Shown here one piece after another: positions 1 through 6,583 of a stretch of 64,000 nucleotides of DNA. Origin of the DNA: Armatimonadota bacterium (lineage in GTDB: Bacteria; Armatimonadota; Zipacnadia; JAUWAU01); the NCBI GenBank assembly GCA_030601885.1, contig JAUWAU010000016.1, forward strand, positions 66,817 to 130,816, written 5' to 3'. Made by a program: the position numbers and the translations under genes. The notes beneath the pieces are model-generated. The model searched no databases. It was given only the letters and a program-made list of their open reading frames with translations, and had not been told where the DNA came from. Numbering within the stretch: position 1 is the stretch's first letter; every line of letters begins with the position of its first letter.

Positions 1-102
1 CGAGTTGGCATCCTCACAGCGGGTGCGGCTGGGGCGAGATGAGGCGCTGTGATCGAGAACAGGAGGGGTTACGACGAGGGGCGATCAAGGCGAGACAGCC
101 GG

Positions 103-133
103 CAAGAATTAAGCAAGGTGTCCCCGGAATTCC
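103..133 (-). repeat. J-repeat copy 1 (32-bp junction repeat family), reverse orientation
   Basis: Reads CAAGAATTAAGCAAGGTGTCCCCGGAATTCC. Its reverse complement matches the unit GGAATTCCGGGGACACCATACTTAATTCTTGG at 4295..4326 with a few mismatches. Confidence 0.8.
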
Positions 134-200
134 ACCGGGCCCTCTCCTAATGAAGCAGAACCTGATGACATGCGGGCCCCCGGGATCGCCCAGCAAGGGA

Positions 201-1073
201 CTACAGAGTCCCCGGAACTCCTAGGGCGTACTGGCGTCGAAGCCACCTCCAGTACCCGATGAGCGTGAGCAGCATTGCCGCGGCAGTCACGCCATGGACG
301 CCAGCCGGGCTCCGCGGCACCAGCCCGAGCCACGCGAGGCCCAGGTACCACCGGCCAACCCAGGTCGCGGCGGTCCACAGAAGAAGGAGGCATGCGAGCT
401 GGTACGCACGGGGGAAGTCCGCGGCTCTAAGGGGGAACCAAAATTGCCGAAGCGTCATTCGCCGGCCAGTGAGGGCGGCACGGACGAACTCCGCCTCGCC
501 CGCCGGTCGAACGGCCCAGGCGGACCGGACCACCGCCCTCCGATGGCGCAGGAAGGCACCTAGAGCCAAGCACCCCCAGAGCAGGTCCGCCGCCTGCCCG
601 ACGCCCGCCAGCAAGTATACCAACCACAGCTCGTGCCCGGAATCAAGCAGTGCTCGGACGAACGGGTTCGCCTCCTGCGATAGGTCGGGCGTGTGCGCAA
701 GCGTCGCGCCCACGTCGAGCATAGACCCTCCCAACATGAAGGCACATCCGGCGCAAAAGGCGCCGCGGGGCACGTCAGCGTCGCCTAGCAACGCTATACG
801 ACGCACCAATCCCAGTAGGAGAGCTAATGAACCCCCAAGAACCCAGACGCAAGCTACCCGAAGGCCACGCAGCTCCTCGACGTATAGGACCGACGCCAGC
901 CCCAGCGAGATAATCGTGAAAGTAACGAGATACCATCGCGCGAGATGGGTCGTTCGCTCCGCCACGGATTGGCTCCGGCTCACTGCCCTTCGCACCCATT
1001 CCCAATCGCGCGAGAGCGGCTGGGCCCACAGGCGGCGGCGTGAAGGTACGGCACGCCTGCTCTCGCACCACAC
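201..1073 (-). CDS. Multi-pass membrane protein of unknown family; candidate immunity partner of Rhs fragment 1
   Basis: 290-aa ORF with several long hydrophobic segments (WYLVTFTIISLGLASVLYV, ACVWVLGGSLALLLGLV, LWLVYLLAGVGQAADLLWGCLALGAF, LACLLLLWTAATWVG). It starts 41 nt after the Rhs fragment stop on the same strand. No family recognised. Confidence 0.55.
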   Translation of the reverse strand: MWCESRRAVPSRRRLWAQPLSRDWEWVRRAVSRSQSVAERTTHLARWYLVTFTIISLGLASVLYVEELRGLRVACVWVLGGSLALLLGLVRRIALLGDADVPRGAFCAGCAFMLGGSMLDVGATLAHTPDLSQEANPFVRALLDSGHELWLVYLLAGVGQAADLLWGCLALGAFLRHRRAVVRSAWAVRPAGEAEFVRAALTGRRMTLRQFWFPLRAADFPRAYQLACLLLLWTAATWVGRWYLGLAWLGLVPRSPAGVHGVTAAAMLLTLIGYWRWLRRQYALGVPGTL

Positions 1074-1114
1074 GGACGGACCTTGCCGCGCCGACGCCCG
1101 CCCATCCGTCGCCT

Positions 1115-2245
1115 CTACCTGGGAGAGTAGTCGTAGTCGTGGCCGTCGTCGCCGCTGTCATCATCCGGGAGGGGCCCCACAGGCGGCCCACCGCCCTCGC
1201 CGTCGCCGCTCCCGTTGCACCCCCTCCAGCACCAGATCCACACCAGAATACCCGCGAGGCAGATCGCTACCCAAAAACGTCCGGCGGGATCGACGTACCG
1301 CGTCGGCGTGCCGCGTGCGTACGCGTACCAGTTCAGGCCTTGTCTGCTCGGGTCCAGCGAAACAAACCGACCGGACCCGGCGTCGTAATACCGCGCGCCC
1401 AGCAACGACAAGCCCAGATCGCCGTCCGCGTAGTAGCCGAACCCGCCCACGAACTTGCAGTGGTTCGTCGTTGAGCCGGTCGAAGTGCTGACGTTGCCCC
1501 ATGCATCGTACTTGTGGGTATCCGTGACCGTCTCCCCGGTGTTCGTTAGCGCCCGCGTGGAGCCCAGGTGGTCGAAGTGATACCAGTACAGCGTACCGCT
1601 CCGTTGCATGGCGATGAGGCCGCCCCCAGCGTTGCGGCGGTACTCAGCCGCCTCATTGCCCAATCCGTCCGTCTCAAACGCAACAGCGCCCACTCCGTAG
1701 AGGAACTTCGTGATCGTCCCGCCGAGGACCTTCTTGACACGCGTGCCATCCCCATCATACCTCATGACCGGATCGTCGCCCGTTGGGAAGTCCACGTTGA
1801 GCATCTTGTTGCGGAAGTCCCAGGTGTAGGTGGTGGTCTGCTGGTTGACCGTCTTGCTCGCCATGTTGCCGGCGTTGTCGTAGGTGTAGGTGATGTTGCC
1901 GGCGGCCGTCATCTGGTTCATGTTGTTGTACGTGTAGTTCGTATCGCTCGGCGCTACCTCATCGCGCTTCTTCGTTCGATTGCCCACGGCGTCGTAGGTG
2001 TAGCTGTAATCGTACAGGGTCTGCTGGCCGGAGTCCTCCTTCGTCTCGCGGGTCAGCCGGTATAGATCGTCATACGTGTAGTCCGTCACATCCCCGTTGT
2101 TCTCGGTCGCCGTGGTCGGATTCCCCAGCTTGTCCTGCTCGTAACTGATGCTCAGGAAGGTGGAGTTGTCGCTCTTCTTGTGCGTGATGGCCGTCAGCCA
2201 GTTGCGCGTGCTGTAAGTGTACAATGTATATGTCCCGTTTGGCAC
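1115..2245 (-). CDS. Rhs/YD-repeat protein, C-terminal fragment only (orphan Rhs tip 1)
   Basis: YD repeats are present (YTYDDLYRL, YSYTYDAVGN, YTYDNAGN, YTWDFRNK). The Rhs-associated core end is present (HFDHLGSTRALT, GARYYDAGSGRFVSLDP, NWYAYARGTPTRYVDPAGR), followed by a 53-aa tip. The ORF is only 376 aa with a GTG start, so the large N-terminal Rhs shell is missing. Confidence 0.85.
   Translation of the reverse strand: MPNGTYTLYTYSTRNWLTAITHKKSDNSTFLSISYEQDKLGNPTTATENNGDVTDYTYDDLYRLTRETKEDSGQQTLYDYSYTYDAVGNRTKKRDEVAPSDTNYTYNNMNQMTAAGNITYTYDNAGNMASKTVNQQTTTYTWDFRNKMLNVDFPTGDDPVMRYDGDGTRVKKVLGGTITKFLYGVGAVAFETDGLGNEAAEYRRNAGGGLIAMQRSGTLYWYHFDHLGSTRALTNTGETVTDTHKYDAWGNVSTSTGSTTNHCKFVGGFGYYADGDLGLSLLGARYYDAGSGRFVSLDPSRQGLNWYAYARGTPTRYVDPAGRFWVAICLAGILVWIWCWRGCNGSGDGEGGGPPVGPLPDDDSGDDGHDYDYSPR
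1799..2041. repeat. Highly similar Rhs core segment shared with 4051..4293
   Basis: Long runs of identical bases are shared with the second copy, e.g. GAGCATCTTGTTGCGGAAGTCCCAGGTGTAGGTGGTGGTCTGCTGGTT and CGTCATCTGGTTCATGTTGTTGTACGTGTAGTTCGTATCGCT. The offset between copies is 2252 bp. Confidence 0.85.
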
Positions 2246-2530
2246 GTCTAGCCGAAAGGCAGGAAACAGGGTCGAGGGAAAAGAGAGAAGGCGGCATCAA
2301 CAGGGCCGTCCCCGGCGGGGGCGATGGGCTGAGGTGAGGCATCCGGTGGGGCAGGTGCTGTGAAATGCTTGGTCGCGCCCGACCGCGGACCTCTTAGCCT
2401 GAGATGGAAAAAGCTCGTTCGGCACCCACCGGCACCCGTGCCGCCAGGGGGGCACCATAGACCGCTGCCGACGGGGAATCTCCTTTTTCCCCAGAGGCTG
2501 TCGACATGGGCAGCCCCACAACTACCTATC

Positions 2531-2550
2531 ATGAATGTCCCCGGAATTCC
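2531..2550 (-). repeat. J-repeat copy 2 (partial), reverse orientation
   Basis: Reads ATGAATGTCCCCGGAATTCC and contains the core GTCCCCGGAATTCC of the J-repeat. It lies 33 nt downstream of the stop of membrane-protein gene 2583..3176, between that gene and Rhs fragment 1. Confidence 0.6.
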
Positions 2551-2582
2551 GACTTGACCGGCGTGTCCCCCACAACCCGTCG

Positions 2583-3176
2583 TCATCCCCGAGTGACCGC
2601 CCGGTACACCGCCGCCAAGCCGGTGGCGCCCGCCAGCAGCAGAGCGACCGCGAACGCGGCCCTCGTGAAAGGAGGCCCTTGGGCGAGCGCCTGTGCCTGC
2701 CGGGCCATGACCGGTGCGACCCACGCATACGCGAGGGCGGCCGTCACGCAGAAGGCCCCCACCGCTAGCCACCATATACGCCTCGGCACGCCCGCACTGA
2801 GCTCCCGGCCCACGGGGCGGCCGCCCCGCCGGCGCTGCCCGGCCAGCGAGGCCCCCAATCCCGCGAGGGCCACCACAGCCAGAGCGCCAGGTGGGCAGTG
2901 GGGCCACCAGGCAAAAAACGCGCACCACAACCCCAGCAGAATGCCAGCCCAGCGCTGCCAGGAGTTGAGTCGGGTGATTCCCACGGCCATCGCCACACAC
3001 ACAAGCGAGAGCGTGACCGCCAGCCAGTGGGTGTGCTGATCGGCCGGGAAGGGGCCTCTGGGCTGTTGTCCGCTGAGTGCTGAAACGAGGGCTCGGGCAC
3101 ACAGTCCCACCAACACCACGGCGGCAACGACGCGGCTGAACTGCGGCAGGGCCACCCGACCCAATGGTCTCTTCAT
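2583..3176 (-). CDS. Multi-pass membrane protein of unknown family; candidate immunity partner of Rhs fragment 2
   Basis: Five or six hydrophobic segments are present (VVAAVVLVGLCARALV, WLAVTLSLVCVAMAVGI, WAGILLGLWCAFFAWW, IWWLAVGAFCVTAALAYAWV, AAFAVALLLAGATGLAAVY). An ATG at 3176 is preceded by GGGGAGG. The track ORF starts 9 nt earlier at a TTG. The gene lies about 30 nt downstream of the Rhs fragment 2 stop. Confidence 0.6.
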   Translation of the reverse strand: MKRPLGRVALPQFSRVVAAVVLVGLCARALVSALSGQQPRGPFPADQHTHWLAVTLSLVCVAMAVGITRLNSWQRWAGILLGLWCAFFAWWPHCPPGALAVVALAGLGASLAGQRRRGGRPVGRELSAGVPRRIWWLAVGAFCVTAALAYAWVAPVMARQAQALAQGPPFTRAAFAVALLLAGATGLAAVYRAVTRG

Positions 3177-3207
3177 GGAGCCCAACCTCCCCTCGCTCTA
3201 GCGGGCC

Positions 3208-4294
3208 CTACGCACCGTACTCCAACCAGCACACGCCATAGCATGCCGCCCAGGCTACGCTGCACGCTGCGAGGCAGCGCCCGAGCGCTTGCACCGCCAG
3301 CTGGTAACAGACGTACATGCATCCACCGCAAAGCGGGGGCGTGATGATGCATACGATGGCGCAACTCACAACGCACGCCGCCACCAGGGAACCGAAGACC
3401 ACGAGGCAGAGGGCCGCGCACCCGGCCATGCTCGCGTCGCAGTCGTCGAGGCAGCACTGCAGCGGGGTCCGGCCCTGCAAGCCCGTCGGATCCAGATGAC
3501 CGAGCGGGCTCGCCATGGCATACAGGTACAGATTGGCCCCCACGTGCAGCGGGTCCACGGAGACGAAGCGGCCTGCCTCGCGTGAGTACCACCTCCCCTG
3601 CAGCAGGAGGAGCCCAACGTCAGGGTCGGTGTAGTACCCCAGCGCTCCAACGAACTTGAAGGGGTTGGCGGTCGAGCCGCTCGAGGCAGTACCCTCGCCC
3701 CAGGCGTCGTACTTGTAGGTGTCTGTGACCGTCTCGCTCGCGTTCGTCAGGGCGCGCGTGGACCCGAGATGATCGAAGTGGTAGTAGCTCATGGTGCCGC
3801 CGCGCTTCATCGAGATGAGCTCCCCGCCCGACGAGCGCCGATATTCTCCGGTCTTCGATCCCTGCCCGTCCGTCTCGAACAGCAGCGGCTGAACCCCAAA
3901 GAGTATCCCGTCCGAGTTAGGCGGACGCACGGCGAACTCGGCCTGACCATACAGGTATCTGGTAACCGTCGCGCCCATCTTCTTGTAGACCCTCAGCCCG
4001 TCACCCTCGTACCGCATCACCGGGTCATCGCCGCTCGGGAAATCCACTTTGAGCATCTTGTTGCGGAAGTCCCAGGTGTAGGTGGTGGTCTGCTGGTTCA
4101 CCACTTTAGTCAGCATGTTGCCGGCGTCATCATACGTGTAGGTGATGTTGCCGGCAGCCGTCATCTGGTTCATGTTGTTGTACGTGTAGTTCGTATCGCT
4201 CTGCGCGACCTCATCGCGCTTCTTCGTGCGGTTGCCCACGGCGTCGTACGTGTAGCTGTAATCGTAGAGCGTCTGCTGCCCGGAGTCCTCCTTC
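3208..4294 (-). pseudogene. 5'-truncated Rhs/YD-repeat fragment (orphan Rhs tip 2)
   Basis: Rhs homology to fragment 1 begins exactly at KEDSGQQTLYDYSYTYDAVGN, immediately after J-repeat copy 3. The core end is GRWYSREAGRFVSVDP ... PLGHLDPTGL, followed by an 89-aa Cys-rich hydrophobic tip. The track ORF extension 4295..4476 reads through the repeat and overlaps the hepT gene in another frame. No credible start codon exists at the homology boundary. Confidence 0.8.
4051..4293. repeat. Highly similar Rhs core segment shared with 1799..2041
   Basis: Second copy of the segment described for 1799..2041. Confidence 0.85.
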
Positions 4295-4326
4295 GGAATT
4301 CCGGGGACACCATACTTAATTCTTGG
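4295..4326 (+). repeat. J-repeat copy 3, forward orientation
   Basis: Reads GGAATTCCGGGGACACCATACTTAATTCTTGG. It abuts the point where Rhs fragment 2 is truncated. Confidence 0.85.
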
Positions 4327-4379
4327 GTCGTGGCTTCCGCGGGCGGCGAACGCGTGGGATATTCTCTCGGACCGGGTAC

Positions 4380-4838
4380 TCACGGCTCTTCGCCCTCCAA
4401 GAAGACCTTGAGCTCTGTCTTGAGTCGCTCCAGCACGTCTTCCGAGCGAAGGACCAGGTCGGCCATTTTCGTCCACTGCAGCTCAAATGTGTAGGCATGG
4501 CGAAAGACGTGCCTGAACTGCATGTACTTGCCGAGCTGCGCACAGAGATCTCCGGATATGGCGGCTGGACGCTCAGCGAACGGCTTGGCCATCCGCAAGA
4601 GCAGATCAGCGTGCCATCGCTCTCCTGCAGGGAGTGAGGCGTCTATCTCGAGAGCTATTCGCTTGAATATGTTCTCAATGCCGGTATAGAGCGCGTGGAG
4701 AAATGCCGAAAGGGCCGACAGTTCAATGCTGTCCGGCTCCACGCTGCGCACTTTCACCAGCAGAGGCCGGTGGGTCTCAGCCAGACGTTGCAGAAGGGCG
4801 AGTTCAAGATTCACCTTCTCCCCAGTTTCAGGCCACAC
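4380..4838 (-). CDS. hepT: HEPN-domain toxin (HepT-like / nucleotidyltransferase substrate-binding family)
   Basis: 152 aa. It carries the Rx4H HEPN motif in FRHVFRHAY. It overlaps the upstream minimal nucleotidyltransferase gene by 11 nt, the classic MNT/HEPN arrangement. Confidence 0.75.
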   Translation of the reverse strand: MWPETGEKVNLELALLQRLAETHRPLLVKVRSVEPDSIELSALSAFLHALYTGIENIFKRIALEIDASLPAGERWHADLLLRMAKPFAERPAAISGDLCAQLGKYMQFRHVFRHAYTFELQWTKMADLVLRSEDVLERLKTELKVFLEGEEP

Positions 4839-5115
4839 GCCTCAGTTCGCCTTTCTTCTCCAAGTACTCGGTAAACGGATTGCGCTCGTCCAGGTCAATC
4901 AGATCGAAGGGCCTGGAGATGGCGAGAGCAGCCCTGCTCATGGCGTCGAAGAATCGTTCGGGCGGCAGCCCTCGCACAGCGAGGTCGAGGTCGGAGCTTG
5001 GCCCTTGCGCCCCGCGGCTGGCAGAGCCGAACACGAACACCTCCCGGGCACCGGCCTCCCGAAGAATTCCCGCCGCCATCTCGATGTCATGCTGTAGGGT
5101 ATTGACTGTGGTCAT
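4828..5115 (-). CDS. mntA: Minimal nucleotidyltransferase antitoxin (MntA-like)
   Basis: 95 aa. It carries the polymerase-beta-type NTase signature FVFGSASRGAQGPSSDLDLAV (GS...RG...DxD). It is translationally coupled to the HEPN gene. Confidence 0.8.
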   Translation of the reverse strand: MTTVNTLQHDIEMAAGILREAGAREVFVFGSASRGAQGPSSDLDLAVRGLPPERFFDAMSRAALAISRPFDLIDLDERNPFTEYLEKKGELRRVA

Positions 5116-5193
5116 CGCTGCACTCCTGAACGCTGTCTCATTGTATCACATTCTGCACCCACCGTGAATTCGGCGTCAATTCCTGAAATCCGG

Positions 5194-5225
5194 GGAATTC
5201 CGAGGACACCATACTCAATTCTTGC
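5194..5225 (+). repeat. J-repeat copy 4, forward orientation
   Basis: Reads GGAATTCCGAGGACACCATACTCAATTCTTGC, two or three mismatches from copy 3. It lies 79 nt upstream of the mntA start. Confidence 0.8.
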
Positions 5226-5428
5226 TCTGTGCCTTCTTGCGTAGGCCCTTGGACGATTCCGCCGACACAACACTCATTCTCTGCCCCCCAGCAACAACGC
5301 CCCGCCGCTCCGCCACGCTGAGCGTCCGGGCTGGCTGGCCGCGGCCGAGAAGGAGGTGTCAGGTGGTGGCAAGTCCAAGAAGCCCGGCACCGGGATTCGC
5401 ACAAGACGCATGAAGGGAGGAATGAGGC

Positions 5429-6469
5429 ATGCCGGATCGGAAGCCCGGCAAGACGGGCCGTCGCGATTTCCTCAAACGCGTTGGGGCGGGCGCGGTCATC
5501 GGCGCCGCCGGTACGGGGCTCGGCCCCACGGCCGGAGCGGCGCTGGCGACGTCGAAAGCCCCGAGTGGCAAGGAGAACATCGAAGACCGCCGTCTGGCAG
5601 AGACGAGCTCAAAGGAGGCGCCGGCTATGAGAATCGGCGTGAATCTGCTGCTTTGGTCAGCCGCAATGGGGAAAGAATCCCTGGGCCTCATTGAGAAGGT
5701 GGCTCGGTTCGGTTTCGACGGAGTGGAGATCTTCATCGACGAGCCCGCCAACATCGACCGCCGGGCCATCAAGAAAGTGGTGGATGATAACGGGCTGGGC
5801 ATCACGTGCTGCTCCATTGTTGGCCCGGACAGGCACCTGATAAGCGACGATCGGAAGATCCGCCGGAACGCGAGAGATTACCTCAAGGCTGCGGTCGAGG
5901 TCTCCCACGACGTCGGCAGCTCCATCTTCTGCGGCCCGCTGTATGCCGGAGTCGGTGTGCTTGTCGGCCGTCCGCGCACCGAGGAGGAATGGGGCCGGGC
6001 GGTCGAGGGACTGTCGGAGGTGGCCAAGGACGCCGAGGCGGCCGGTGTAACGCTATGCCTGGAGCCCCTCAACCGGTTCGAGACATACTTCGTCAACATC
6101 GTGGAGGACGCGGTGAAACTGGCGAAAGACGTGGACAGTCCCAACGTCAAGGTAATGGGCGATACCTTCCACATGAATATCGAGGAGAAGAACCTCCGTC
6201 AACCCCTCGTTGCGGCCGGGGACCTGCTTCACCATATGCATTGCTGCGGGAACGACCGAGGCACGCCGGGGGCAGGACACGTGGACTGGGACGACGTTTT
6301 TGCAGCCCTCCGCGATGTCGGCTACGATGGGTGGCTGGTGATCGAGTCCTTTGTGCTGGGCAACGAGGCCATTGCCAAAGCCGCCGCCATCTGGCGCGAT
6401 ATCGCCCCCTCTGGGGATGACTTGGCAAGGGACGGCCTCGCGTTTCTCAGGAGGATGTCCGCGGCGTAG
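5429..6469 (+). CDS. TAT-exported sugar phosphate isomerase/epimerase (xylose isomerase-like TIM barrel)
   Basis: A GGGAGGA RBS precedes the start. The twin-arginine signal is GRRDFLKRVGAGAVIGAAG. Family-typical blocks are present (MRIGVNLLLWS, FGFDGVEIF, LCLEPLNRFE, GDTFHMNIEE, HMHCCGNDRG). Confidence 0.8.
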   Translation: MPDRKPGKTGRRDFLKRVGAGAVIGAAGTGLGPTAGAALATSKAPSGKENIEDRRLAETSSKEAPAMRIGVNLLLWSAAMGKESLGLIEKVARFGFDGVEIFIDEPANIDRRAIKKVVDDNGLGITCCSIVGPDRHLISDDRKIRRNARDYLKAAVEVSHDVGSSIFCGPLYAGVGVLVGRPRTEEEWGRAVEGLSEVAKDAEAAGVTLCLEPLNRFETYFVNIVEDAVKLAKDVDSPNVKVMGDTFHMNIEEKNLRQPLVAAGDLLHHMHCCGNDRGTPGAGHVDWDDVFAALRDVGYDGWLVIESFVLGNEAIAKAAAIWRDIAPSGDDLARDGLAFLRRMSAA

Positions 6470-6583
6470 GGATGGGGCGCCAGGCACCCCTCTGCGGTCC
6501 GGACGCCGGATGTAAAGCTCGTCAACCTACTTGCTGCTCGGCTCCCACCGGCCCGTGGGTGAGACAAAGGAGAAAAGGCGAAG

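Noticed and set aside
259-1491. 410-aa Arg/Ser/Pro-rich ORF on the plus strand
   Set aside because: It is antisense to the membrane-protein gene and the Rhs fragment. The sequence is low-complexity and basic, and I judge it a shadow ORF.
4295-4476. N-terminal 60 codons of the track ORF 3208..4476
   Set aside because: Similarity to the other Rhs fragment stops exactly at the J-repeat. The extension is a read-through of the repeat (PRIKYGVPGIP) and overlaps hepT in another frame, so it is not genuine coding sequence.
103-5225. J-repeats as integron attC sites or as a CRISPR array
   Set aside because: Integron: there is no integron integrase, and I could not see the RYYYAAC / GTTRRRY core sites. 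CRISPR: copies are in mixed orientation at kb-scale irregular spacing. The intervening DNA is genes, not 30-40-bp spacers. There are no cas genes.
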